Assembly: GCF_004010195.1 (NCBI RefSeq)
Contig: NC_057719.1
Location: forward strand, 59,692,408 to 59,756,407
Direction of reading: 5' to 3'
From: Chiloscyllium plagiosum
Lineage: Eukaryota
Length of the DNA stretch: 64,000 bases
Shown: piece after piece, positions 12,119-24,169 of the stretch
Layout of the letters: each line of letters begins with the position of its first letter
Numbering within the stretch: the stretch's first letter is position 1
Made by a program: the position numbers and the translations under genes
The notes under the pieces: generated by a model
Databases searched by the model: none
What the model was told of the DNA's origin: nothing
What the model saw: only the letters and a program-made list of their open reading frames with translations

Positions 12119-14055
12119 ATGATGTGGAGGTGCCAGTGTTGCACTGGTGTGAACAAAGTAAACAATCAGACAGCACCAGATTATAGTCTATCAGGTTTAC
12201 TTGGAAGCATGAGCTTTCCAAGCGCTGCTCCTTCATCAAGTAGCTGTGGAGAAGGATCATGAGGCACAGAATTTATAGCAAAAGATTAGAGTGTCATGCA
12301 ACTGAAATGCTATAATGAACAAACCTAGATTGCTGTTAGGTCTTTCATCTTTCAGAATGGGTTGCAGGTTTCAGTGCATCAGTATGTAGATGCCAGAACT
12401 ACTTTCAAGTCACATTCTCAAGATAACGTAAAGTTTTATATATAAAAAAAAAGTGACATCTCAGCTCAGACAATGCATTGAAGGTATGGTTTATAGCCTG
12501 TATGTATCCCAATCTTGAGTCAGACTGTTTCTATTTCCAAAGTAGGAATTTATAAAATGTTACATCGATTGACTGCCTGTAGATTGTGCACTTTTTAAAC
12601 AAAATAGAATGTATCTGCAAATATAATTCTGCAAATGCAAATTTACCCCTTAGACTCGTGTGTATGTGCATGAGAGAGAGGGAGAATGTGTGCGCGCGCC
12701 TGAGAGCTTGTTTGTATCTGTGCATGCTTGGTCAAGTGTGAGAGTGTGATGGAGTATAAGCCTGTGAGAGGGTGTGGGGGGGGATTGTGTGTGTAGGATC
12801 TGTGTGTGTTTGTGTGTGTGAGAAAGTGTATAGTGTGTAATGGAGTCCCCTGTAGTGTGACATGAACCCAAAGTCCTGGTTGAGGCCATCCTCATGGGTT
12901 CCAAACTTGGCTATCAATCTCTGCTCAGCCACTGTTGTTGTGTATCCCAAAGTCCACCTTGGACGATGGTCAGCCGAAGTTCCGATGCCAAGTGTCCCTG
13001 ACCGCTGAAGTGTTCCCCGACTGGGAGGGATCAACCCTGTCTGGCGATTGTTGTACGGTGCCCATTCATCCGTTGTCGTAGCATCTGCTTGCTCTTGCAC
13101 TCAGTCTCATAGGCTTATACTCCACACTCACTCTCACTTTACCAAAGATGCACGCACACAAACACTGTCGCGTGCACTTTCACTCATGCGTGCACACTCA
13201 CGTGCGCACTGGCTCTGTCTCATGCACGCGCACACATATAAGTTGATGGGGTCAATTTGCAGTTGCAGAATTATATTTGCAGATACATACTATTTTGCTG
13301 AAAAAGCGCACAATCTGCAGGCAGTCAATCTATGTGATACAGGTACACAATTCTTTATCTGAACTGCTTGGGACCAGCTAGTTTTTGGAATTCGGAACTT
13401 TTTGAATTTCGGGGATAAGTGACAGTTCAACGGTGAAATTTCTAAAAGTCTTACCGAACAGCAGACTCACTGAGTAACGGGCCCTGAGACAGAATTGAGT
13501 CCTGTCAGTGTTGGGCCACATTTCTCTCTTGCCCCTCCCCCCCCCCCCCGCAACGTCGCACCTGAGTGGCATGCATCAAGGGGGTGTGGAGTTAGGTTAA
13601 CACTTTTTCAAGTCAAACAACCTTGTTAATGTGATAAAAACCTAACTTTTCAGATTTTGAATAAAGAGTTGTCTATCTGCGTATTATAAATTCCTACTTT
13701 GGAAATAGAATCAGTCGGACTCAAGATTGGGATACATACAGACTCTCACCTAACATCTTTAATGCATTTTCTGAGCTGAGATGTCACTTTTTTTTATAAA
13801 ACCTTAATTTATCTTAAGGATGTCACTTAAAAATAGTTCTGGGATTTATATGTTAATGAACCGAAACCTGCAACTCATTCTAAAAGATGAATGATCTAAC
13901 AGCAAACTAGGTTTGTTCAATATATCATTTCAATTGCATGACACTGTAAACCTTTGCTTTAAATTGTGTCTTATGATCCTCTTCCAAAGCTACCTGATGA
14001 AGGAGCAGTGCTCTGACAGCTAGTGCTTCAAAGTGAACCTGTTGGACTATAATCT
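12119..14055 (-). mobile_element. 5'-truncated Penelope-like retroelement (family B) with inverted pLTRs
   Basis: About 600-bp inverted arms (12177-12775 and 13097-14055 less the MITE). The spacer encodes a GIY-YIG C-terminus on minus (RQRMNGHR...PVGEHFSGQGH...EQRLIAKFGTHEDGLNQDFGFMSHY) with a stop and a frameshift. Both arms hold decayed hammerhead motifs. Confidence 0.85.
13340..13679. mobile_element. Tigger/pogo-like MITE inserted in the right Penelope arm
   Basis: TA then CAGGTACACAATTCTTTAT; right end reverse complement CAGATAGACAACTCTTTAT; absent from the homologous left arm. Confidence 0.8.
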
Positions 14056-14759
14056 TTCTCTTATGTGCGCACCACTTAAGCTATTCTATCTGTGTGTGCC
14101 TTACCATTAATGTCCCCTCCCTTTTCCCTTCTGAAATACATTCTTCTGTGCTTGTCTTGGGGAAAACATCTGTTTCCACGAATCAATTATAGTAGCACTA
14201 ACAAATTCCCAACTCTGTAGGCATTGGCTGTTCATTGATGACATTACTTCAGCTCATTACATCCTTTCCTCTACCTTTGGTGCCATTAAAAGTATTGCCT
14301 TTGGCCATCCATTGGTATGGTGCTTAACTCCATTTCCTAAAGTCCAAAAACCACAGATGACTAATTTAGCCTTTCGCCATTATGACTGAACTACATATTT
14401 GATGCTCTAGGGTTGTGTCCTCTTCTGCTGAAATTGCACACTCTCCATGGTCATCCTTAATTGTAAAGTTAAGCCCTGATTTTCCTCATTCACTGCAAAT
14501 ATGTTCTTAAACACTTCTGTATGTTCTCCATTCTAACCTACAATGACAATGGCCAGAAGATGCTCATTGATTTTTGTGTCACTCAGATTGAATAGTCTCA
14601 ATCAGTTGCCTCTGTTGTTTTCCCTCCCTTCCTGAGCCCATCGGATCAAAGATTCCCTTCGGTCCTAGCAAGTTTTCAGTATCTCCTATTTTTTTAAATT
14701 TAACCTATTTTTCTAATCAACCTATTTAGATATGTTAATACACACCTCTGGAGCAGGTG

Positions 14760-14936
14760 GGAGAAAGTGAGGACTGCAGATGCTGGAGAGTCAGAGTTGG
14801 CAAGGGTGGCACTGGAAAAGCACAGCAGGTCAGGCAGCATCCCAAGAGCAGGAGAGTAGATATTTCGGGCATAAGCCCTTCATTCCTGATGCTGCCTGGC
14901 CTGCTTAGCTTTTCCAGTGCCATAAGTTTCAACTCT
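14760..14936. mobile_element. Penelope-derived fold-back (family A) inserted in a tRNA-SINE remnant
   Basis: Tail gagaaagtgaggactgcagatgctggag, inverted arms, degenerate TSD gagcaggtgg/gagcagatag. Confidence 0.75.
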
Positions 14937-15499
14937 TGAGCAGATAGGACTCGAACCCAAGTCTCTTGGCTCAGATGCAGGGATGCTACCACTGCACCTG
15001 ATTGAGTTCACCTTGTCACTCACATGAAGTGCACCTCTGGCTCACTAACTACCATCCTATTAAACTCCTAACTATCCAGCTGTCTCCCCCTTTGCTTGAG
15101 CCCAATCCATGAAAGCTTATACTGTTTATGGTGTTCATTGCAATGTCTATTCCCCACCCCGATATAGTGTTGATAGCAACCTCTGCTACAATTTCTTAGA
15201 TACAGGCATTACTTAACCTTGCAAGACATGTACTATTGTATCAGCTGTTTGAACATTCATGTAAATTCTGGAAACACAGGCACAAGGTCAATGTATGAAC
15301 TAATGGGTTGCAGATGCTACCAAACACAGCTCTGCGTATCAAGTTCAGGAGTTGATAATAAATCTGAATGGAAAGTCACTTTGTGTAAAATGTTTGTTTT
15401 AACAAACGAGTCCGAGTCACTCAGTTTCCCCCAGTGTATTAAAGATTTGCAGTTGATGTTACTTCAAAAACAGCAACTTATTTTAAGTAACACATTATA

Positions 15500-16270
15500 A
15501 AAATGCGAAAACTATAACCAGGAGCAGGCTATTTGAATCCTCAAGCCTACTACACCAAAGGATAAGAGCATCGCTAACTTTATGGTTTTAGCTTTACTTT
15601 GCTACCTTTCCTGCATAAGTCTTAACACTCTTATCAATCGAAATCTATCTAACTCCATCGTGAATGCAGTCACCAACCTAGAGTTCACTGCTCACTTGGG
15701 GACAGAATTCTAACAATTAATTACCTTCAGAGAAAACAATCCTTATAATATCTGCCTTAAATGGAACACCCCTTATTTTGAAATTGTACCGTCTAGTTCA
15801 AGATATCCCCACAAAGGGAAACAACTTCTCACCATGAATTCTGTCATGCTCCTTCAGAATCTATTGTGTTACAATAAGACTCCCTGTCAGTCTCCTCAGG
15901 CTCCAATGAATTATAGACCCATATTCTCTGTCTTTAGTCATAACACAGCTCCTCCATCCCAGGAATCAGCTGAACTGCCTTCAATGAGAATATGTCTCTG
16001 CCCAAGTCAGGAGACCAGAAGCTGTACCCTGTACAGTTGTAGCGATATTTCCTTATTTTTATATTCCATCCTCTCTCTAATAAAGCTCAACATCCAATTT
16101 GCCTTAATTGTGTAATTTAACCTACCGGCAAATATTTTGTGCTTCATGGGCAGTCACATCAAATTCCCACTATTATTGCGTTCTGTAGTTTCTCCTAGTT
16201 TTATTAATAATAAACTGCTTTTCTGTTACCCTGCCAAAGTAACTAACCTCACATTTTTCCACATTATGCT
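15500..16270 (-). mobile_element. Old CR1 3' region
   Basis: Reverse CR1 tail at 15510-15560 and RT C-terminal remnants. Confidence 0.55.
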
Positions 16271-17950
16271 TGATTTATATTAATATAGTGTTTTCAAAAT
16301 AAAATATTCCATGGCACCTAGCAGAAGCATGATAAACCACAATAGGACAACAATTAACATGGAATGTTGGGAAAAATGGCTAAAAGCTTTAATAGAGGGG
16401 TAAGCTTTACTAAGTTTTAAAGGAAAATCAGCAAGTGGAGAGGTTTTTGCTTTTGTGGAGTTGGATGATGGGAGGGGGAGGAATCTCTGGACTTGGGACC
16501 CAGGTAGTTGAAGGTCACCAAAAGTCAAGTTGAGTGTTTAAGAGGCTGAAATTAGGTGAATACAGCTATCTCTTACAATTCTACCATCCCCTCCTCTCTG
16601 CCTCTCTGTCTTGTTTTTTGCCCTTTCACTCTTCAAAACGTTTCTCTTTGATCATCTGACCCAATATCTCCTTACGTGACTCCATGTCATCTTGTTTTGT
16701 AAAGGGACTATATAAATACAGGTTGTTATCAGTTGCAGCACTGGAGAAGGTTACATGTGTATGGAGAAGTGAGGCAGTAGAGAAACTTGACAGCAAGCTT
16801 GAGAATTCTGAAATTGAGATGTTTTACCTGAAGCCAATATGGCTTGGTGAGATCAGAATGATGGGTGAATGGCATCTAGTCTAAGCTAGGCCACTGACAG
16901 CAGTGCTTTGTCTGACACATTCACAGACACATGGGAAGTTATCACAATGTGCTTTGCAATAGTTGAGGCTTGAGGTTGATGGTTTCAGCAACTAAGACTG
17001 GGCTGGAGTCAGACAATATTACACAGGAAATAGCGGTTTCATTGCTGGATATGTGATCATAAATTCAGCTGTGAATTAAATGACAGTAACCTTTGAAAAC
17101 TCTGGTTCAACCTAAGAGAATTGTTAGGCGGAGGATAGACTGGTGGTGTGAGAGAGTTAAAGGGACCAAAGCCAATGGCTTGTCAGTATTTACTCTGAAG
17201 AAGTTTCTACTCATCCAGAGTTGGATTTTGCATTAACAATCTGATGGTCTGGAGACAGTAGAGTGTCAAAAGAGGTGGTTTTGAGGTAGAACTAGGTGTT
17301 GCCAGTATCGACTGATGCTATGTTGTTGGATGGTATTGCCTAGGGTACATGTAGATGAGAGATTGCCAAGCAGGAAGATGATCCAGAGAAGAAAAGGCAC
17401 TGCAAGTGATGCTCTGGATATGATTAGATGGATAAGAATTGGCACCAGGCACATGCAGTTTAACCCAGGTGGATGGTGATGGGAAAGACGCTGTTTGACT
17501 GAGAGCCATTTTTCTCACTGTAACATGAGTGGAGCCCTGACTTGGATTAATTCAAACATGAGTTCTTGGGAAGATATGACGTGATAATATTGCAAAAATC
17601 TTGGAGAGAGCAAACATTGTTTTTATCATTTACAAGAACAGAGGTCAAAGGTTTGTTTTTTGAGCTATCTGAGGGACTAGAACTATTAGTAATATCAGCT
17701 AACAGGGGAGCCAGCAGGAAGTGAAGTTGTGTGGTCAGCAGCTAAGTGGGGATTGGGTCAAAATGGGTCTCATCGGCAAGATGTGTTTGGAGAGAATATG
17801 AGGGTATTGAGAAGGGAAACTAGAGAAAGTTTGGCCTTGGAAGAAAGAACTTTGGCCCGGCGTACTAGGGTAAGGGAGAGAAATGATTGGATGGTTTGAA
17901 TGTGAAGCTGAAGGAAGAAAATAATGAAGATAACATGGTGAGAAAATCAA
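16270..17950 (-). mobile_element. L2-like LINE remnant, with a short + strand L2 3' end at about 16580-16735
   Basis: L2-type 3' end (gtaaagggactatataaatacaggttgtt) and purine-rich reverse body typical of old L2. Confidence 0.45.
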
Positions 17951-18252
17951 TACAATACTTTGGACATTTGAGAGTGAGGGGAATGGAATAAGATGAGATG
18001 CTCAAAGGAGAAATGCAATAACAACAACAGGACTTAAGCAAGGTTTGATTTGGTTATAAACCACAACTCAACTGCATGAACATTTGGAACAGGGAAAAAT
18101 ATAGCACGAAAATGTGTTCAATTGGTCACTTACAATGTGTGGCTTTTTTAAAAAACTATTTCATTGTTGGACATTTGTACTGTAATTAATTCATGAATTT
18201 TCACCAAAATAATAATTTCAGGCAGTGACATTGAAGTATGGATAGCTTAAGC

Positions 18253-18450
18253 CATTGCTTCTCAAACGTTTTCCCATGGCAACCCTATTGAGACTTGAAA
18301 ACTGTCCTGACACCTCCGTGACCAAAGGCCTCCTTTGGTCGCTGTGCTGTTGCTATTCTCCTCGCAGCCATTGCTGTCTCGCAGCTCATGATGCAAAATG
18401 TCAACTCGTGATCTGACTTGGGCACCTAACCCCCACTCTGGGAATGGCTG
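18253..18450. mobile_element. Degraded hAT (Charlie-like) MITE
   Basis: Ends cattgcttctcaaac and ctctgggaatggctg resemble CAGTGGTTCTCAAAC-type TIRs; 8-bp flanks gcttaagc/cctcaagc match 6 of 8. Confidence 0.5.
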
Positions 18451-18630
18451 CCTCAAGCTGTCTTGTCTTTTGGTTTTGCATCAAGCAAAGAATATCCCAC
18501 CCTGTAACTTGCATTTTGGATTAAAGAGAAATATTGTTTTTCCAGGAAATAAGAGTAAGATAGTGACTAATGAAATGTCTGTGTTCTTGCCAGCTCGTTA
18601 CAGTATTTGGAGGAAATCAAACCAGTGACC

Positions 18631-18733
18631 ATGGCACTGGGAACGGCATGGAAGCAGATGTCTTGGCTTTACTACCAGTATCTGTTGGTTACAGCACTCT
18701 ACATGTTAGAACCCTGGGAAAGGACCATATTCA
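18631..18733 (+). CDS. SPTSSA: Serine palmitoyltransferase small subunit A, first coding exon (MALGTAWKQMSWLYYQYLLVTALYMLEPWERTIF)
   Basis: Hand translation matches the vertebrate SPTSSA signature AWKQMSWxYYQYLLVTALYMLEPWERTxF. Strong Kozak gaccATGG, upstream branch tgactaat and acceptor ttcttgccag| (exon from 18594), ends in phase 1 at |gtatcctttt. Confidence 0.97.
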
Positions 18734-18829
18734 GTATCCTTTTAAAGTGTGAATGTCTTTTTGTTTTGTAATTTGAGAGCATGATTGTCCAAGTTAACCA
18801 TCCTGACCTCGCAATGTATTGTCATTCCT

Positions 18830-19010
18830 CCACTGTCACCACCTTCCTGAAATTCCCTCCCTGTTGGCATTGTCAGGGCTACTTATAGCACGTGGACTGC
18901 GGCACTTCAAGAAGGCAGTTCACCATCACCTTTTCAAGGGCAACTCTGGATGGGCAATAAATGCTGGCATAACCAGTGATGTGCTTATCCCATGAATGAA
19001 TTTTTAAAAA
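18830..19010 (+). mobile_element. LINE family X 3' end
   Basis: ttcaagaaggcag...gggcaataaatgctggc...catgaatgaattttt. Confidence 0.75.
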
Positions 19011-19199
19011 AATTCAGACTTTTGTGTTGTAAGAAAACGCTGTTATAAAAAAATTGGCTAACAAAATCAGGTTATAGAATATCTTAAACAAAAATTACAA
19101 CCATTGAATACATGACTCTAATGATGGGAAAATAAATTTGATAGCGAATGCGAAATACTGGGAGATGCAAATAGTACTAAAATAGAGAATAGTAGATTA

Positions 19200-19980
19200 T
19201 TACATGGAGCTGGAGTAACTGCTAAAGTAATAGTCCAAATCTAGGTACGTTTTGTGAATTCATAGAATCTAGTAAATAAGATTGGGGATTGCAGGCCTTA
19301 TGGGGTTATGGTGTGTTGATAACTGAGTCTTAATTTAAAGAAAGGCAGTTTTGGTGTTAAATATTTCTAGTTACAAGATGTTCAGAAAAGATTGGAAAGG
19401 ACAATGTTGATGTTTTTCATTAATGATAGTATTGTGGTACTATGAAAAGAGGGTGTTTCAAAAAGCTCAAGGACAGAATTGATTTGGCTAGAGCTAAAGA
19501 ATGAAAGGGATATAGTTATACAACTAGGTGTAATGTGTAGGCCACAAGTTTGTGGGAAGGATATAGTGCAGTATATCTGCAAGATAATTATAGAAATGTA
19601 GACATCTTTGAATCGATGTAAGGGAGGATTTTAAGCAATGTTCCCTTTTAGCAGTGCAGTTATTCAGAAATACTATGCGTGCTAATCCAGAAGCTACTGC
19701 TGCACACGTACCTCAGAGGCCTACATCTTAGTAAGTGAAATTAGAGATGATGTTGATTTTAAGTTGACTGGGATAGTGGTAGTGTAAGGGCAGCAAAAAA
19801 TGACTGTGTTCAGGAGAATTTCTTACAGCATTCTGGCCAGTCCAACAAGAAAATAAGCACTACTGGATATGATTTTTGGGAATGAGGTGGGTCAAGTAGA
19901 GCAAATGATAGTGGGGAAATATTTCAGGGATAGTAATCATTGTATCGTTACATTTAGGGTGTTGGTGAAAAATGACATGC
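19200..19980 (+). mobile_element. Old CR1 endonuclease remnant
   Basis: Remnants of WLELKNEKG..QLGVMCRP, LLDMIFGNE and FRDSNH motifs. Confidence 0.55.
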
Positions 19981-19999
19981 ATCAATTTTGGGGAGATGT

Positions 20000-20300
20000 T
20001 AGCCTAATTACTGGTTTTTAAAGCAGAGACCCAGGTAATGTTCTGGAGGCCTTAGTTTGAATCCCACATGGCAATGGATTTTAAATTAGGAGTCCAGTGA
20101 TGTTCATGAAACCTGTTATCGATTGTCAATAGAGCAATGGTTCCCTACGGTGCTTCAGAGAAGGAAGATGTTATCTGAACCAGGTCTGGCCTACATGTGA
20201 TTGCAGACCAGGTAAGGATGGCAGTTTCTTTACTTAAATAACTGTTCACATTTAACTGCCCACTGGGCATTTAGAGATAGGTTATAAATGCTGGCCTAGG
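20000..20300 (+). mobile_element. tRNA-derived SINE with a family X-type tail
   Basis: B-box-like gtttgaatccc, internal caggtctggcctacatgtga, tail ataaatgctggcc shared with family X. Confidence 0.55.
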
Positions 20301-21591
20301 TGCTGGAGGAACTGTATTTCCATTATCTTTTTAGTCATTTAGCAGCCTTCTGAATTCACTGCTGAGTTCAACATGTTCACATCATGAATTCTGTCCTCAT
20401 TTTGTATCTCCTGCTGCTTCCTCTTCCTCACCTTGAAGTGTCTAGTTTTCTTGGTATTGCTTTCAGTAGAATTGACATATTCTACAATTTACATCTACTC
20501 TTGAACTAAATCTCTACAAATATTCCACTTCTTTTGTCTTTATTTGGTGACACCTGGAATCTTTGATCTCATTCAACCCCTAACTTAGCCCAGACGTTCC
20601 CTTCTGTTCAACTGCTTCCTCCCACTTCTTTGTACAGTATAAATCCCATCACTTTCCCATCTCTCCCTCCACATATGAAAAAAGTTATACTTGACTCAAT
20701 GTGAACTGTTTCTCTCTTCATAGCTCTAACTCTAGCTCTACCGGCTGAGTTTTTCGTCACTAGTTTTGTTTCACTTTTTTTATTTCCGATTTTAAGCGCA
20801 ACCTATTCTGCTGTTAAAAAGGCTTCTGTTATGTTCTAATGTCTAATTTGTTTAATTTGAAGTGAGCTTTTGATTTGGGGATTTACTTTAATCCCGTTGA
20901 ATCCCATCTTCCTTGTGCTTCACTCATTCTGGTGAATAACATGGTTGCATCTGCACATTTGTACAATTATAATATAACATTTTCTAAGTCAAAGCTGCAA
21001 GCATTGAATTCTAAAACGCTAATGCATACATAACATTTTTGAATTTAAAACTAGCCAAAGCCAGTTAAAACTGGCAGAAACTCAATTTTGAGTATTTATT
21101 AACCGTACCAGTGAATGACTTTGCTTGTGATCCATTTGTTAAATTCATTTGAAGTTTGTTCGAAAGCTTTTTGCTTCCATCTGGAGCAAATCAATACTTT
21201 GATGATTTACAACATGTTCACAGTAGCCCTTTATAATTAAAATTATTCTCACATCCTAACAGTGGTGATATTGATTGTGGCACTCATTATTGGTTAATGT
21301 TTGTAATTTCTCCTTTTCCTGTCTAAGATTTAGTTGTCAGAGATCAGTATTTCATAGTCTATTTAGTGCATCAGTTAAAACCTAAGGTGGTATATGAACA
21401 GTTTTGAAATACATTTGTATGTTTTATTCTTAAAATAGGCTCATCAGATTAATTAAATTAAACCTTGCAAATCGAGAAGCTAAGTTCTCCGGCTGAAACC
21501 AAAATTAATGTTCCCCTTTGCTATTCACTAACTTCACAGTAGAATTTATATGTATAGAGATCAATTGAGGTGGGTTTAAAATATTAAGGGT

Positions 21592-22785
21592 AATAGAGTC
21601 TAAGAGATGTACAGCATGGAAACAGACCCTTCGGTCCAACTCTTCCATGCTGACCAGATATCCCAACCTAATCTATTTGCACTTGCCAGCACCTGGTGCA
21701 TATCCCCCCAAACCCTTCCTATTCATATACCCATCCAGATGCCTTTTAAATGTTGCAATTGTACCAGCCTCCTCCACCCTCTGGCAGCTCATTCCATACA
21801 CGTACCATTCTTTGCATGAAAAAGTTGCCCCTTAAGTGTCTCTTTTATCTTTCCCCTCTCACCGTAAACCTATGATCTCTAGTTCCGGACTCCCCGACCC
21901 CAGGGAAAAGACTTTGTCTATTTATCCTATCCATGCTCCTCATGATTTTATAAAGGCTATAAGGTCACCCCTCGGTCTCCAACGCTCCAGAGAAAATAAC
22001 CCCAGTTCATTCAACCTCTCCCTATAGTTCAAATCCTCTAACCCTGGCAACATCCTTGTAAATCTTTTCTGAACCCTTCCAAGTTTCACAACATCCTTTT
22101 GATAGGAAGGAGGCCAGAATTGCCCGCAATATTCCAAAAGTGGCCTAACCAATATCCTGTACAGCCACAAATGATCTCCCAACTCTTGTACTCAATACTC
22201 TGACTGATAAAGGAAAGCACAACCTTCACTATCCTATCTACCTGCGACTCCACCTTCAAGGAGCTATGAGTCTGCACTCCAAGGTCTCTTATACACTTAT
22301 AGGTAAGGTCCCCAGGACCTTACCATTAAATGTATAAGTCCTGTTCTGATTTGCTTTCCCAAAATGCAGCACGTTGCATTTATCGGAATTAAATTCCATC
22401 TGCTGCTGCTCAGCCCATTGGCCCATTTGTTTAAGATCCCATTGTAATCCGAGGTAACCTTCTTTGCTGTCCACTACACCTCCAATTTTGGTGTCATCTG
22501 CAAACTTACTAACTGTACCTCTTATGCTCACATCCAAATTATTTATGTAAATGACAAAAAGTAGAGGACCCAGCACCGATCCTTGTGGCACTCCACTGGT
22601 CACAGGTCTTCAGTCTGAAAAACAACCCTGCACCACCACCCTCTATCTTTGAGCCAGTTCTGTATCCAAATGGCTAGTTCTCCCTGTATTCCATGAGATC
22701 TAAGCTTGCTAACCAGTCTCCCATGGGAAACCTTGTTGAACGCCTTCCTGAAGTCTGTATGGATCCTGTCTACTGCTCTGCCCTG
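21592..22785 (-). mobile_element. CR1/HER1 LINE 3' fragment inside the U12 intron
   Basis: Minus-strand ORFs SGVPQGSVLGPLLFVIYIN...KFADDTK and LVRPLLEYC...[10 protein letters not shown], plus tail. Confidence 0.92.
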
Positions 22786-22906
22786 CGCAAAATATATCTT
22801 CCCTCTTATGTAAATTGTGCCAGAGGAATTGTATTATGTTCAATAATCACTGTCTTCATCCAGGTAATACTTCTATCAAAATCTATTCCTTAACCTGACT
22901 TTTTAG

Positions 22907-23010
22907 ACTCCCTATTAATATCTATTGTTGGGATGGCTGTATACACTGGTTACGTGTTTATGCCTCAGCATATTATGGCAATATTGCACTACTTTGAGAT
23001 TGTCCAATGA
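22907..23010 (+). CDS. SPTSSA: SPTSSA last coding exon ((N)SLLISIVGMAVYTGYVFMPQHIMAILHYFEIVQ*); spliced CDS is 207 nt, 68 aa
   Basis: Matches the SPTSSA C-terminus YTGYVFMPQHIMAILHYFEIVQ; phase agrees with the upstream exon (A|AC = Asn); TGA at 23008-23010. Confidence 0.97.
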
Positions 23011-23627
23011 CTGCCTTAAGCCAGAATGAAGACCAGAAATACACAAGGAAGGAAGAAGGTTCCTCTTCAATGGATGGTTACTTCTCAATAACTGGCAAGA
23101 ATGCTGTTGAAGAACAACCCTATTTCATTATAAAGGATTTAGAAGCTTACAGAGTGGCAAATCAAAATAGTGTGGAGTGTATTTCATGGTTTTGTATTTA
23201 TTGTTTTAATATGCCTTCTTGCAATATAATGAGGTGCCCTTGTTTGTTAATCTAGTTATTATATTTACTAATGTGAGTACTTTAATTGCCTTTGATAGTG
23301 TGTATGTTGCGATGTGAATGCGTTAGTTGTACATTTTTAAACAAAAATGTCAATTGGTGTGAGGCATTCCATATACATATATAAGTAATTCAAGTATAAC
23401 TTGGACCTAAGATTGATTAAATATTTGGTATGTGTTAAGCTATAAAGAAAACTAATTTTTAACTTTTCTGAGTTTTTTGGCAATTGGGGATCTAATTGGA
23501 ATTTTCACAAGATGCATATTTTGAAGTATGTTTCATTTTTAATACCATTTGAAAAGTGATATTGCCCACCTGTAAGACTTGTATAGAATTCTAAATGATG
23601 TCATATTTTTGGTGTCCTAAAATTCAT

Positions 23628-23633
23628 AATAAA
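23628..23633 (+). terminator. Probable SPTSSA polyadenylation signal
   Basis: AATAAA about 620 nt after the stop, followed by a GU/U-rich element (ttgtgttttgttttc) about 30 nt later. Confidence 0.6.
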
Positions 23634-24169
23634 TATAAAATACTTGTGATGACTTTCCATTGTGTTTTGTTTTCTTACATTTTGAAGCTCGCTAGTTTAT
23701 GCAGCTGCTCAGTCCCCAAATAGGACTGCATGTCTGTTTTCAATCAGTGTTACTGGTCTCAGTATTCTTCTCTCACATGAGATGAAATACAATATAACTC
23801 GCCTTCTGATGTCCACTGCTGGTTTTAAACACAAAATTCCATCCAGACTGTTCCTCATGCTGTACAATTCTGTTTGGGCTTCTTAGTAAAGAAGAAGCAA
23901 AACTTAGCGAACAATAACTAATCAGTATCTGAATTTGCAGTTAAATTAGTTGTTGACCATTATAAGATCTTGACAAATGCCCTGATTATTGTTTCATCTG
24001 TAGAATCAAATGATTCATATTATTGGGTGTCCCTATTTCTTGCCAGCCACTTAGGTATAAAATGTTATGTTCTGTTATCCTTGCAATTTCACAAATTACT
24101 GGAAGTTACCAAACAGGCGAAGTTGCTTAATGGGCTTCCTTAATTATTTTAAGAAGGCTCCTGATCTTT

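Larger units (their letters stand above)
18734..22906 (+). other. SPTSSA: U12-type (minor spliceosome) GT-AG intron of SPTSSA, 4173 bp
   Basis: 5' site GTATCCTTT and branch point TTCCTTAAC at 22886-22894, ending 12 nt before the exon, with only a short pyrimidine run. Confidence 0.95.

Noticed and set aside
23007..23255. 82-aa ORF MTALSQNEDQK...
   Set aside because: It overlaps the SPTSSA stop codon and lies in the 3'UTR; no recognisable homology.
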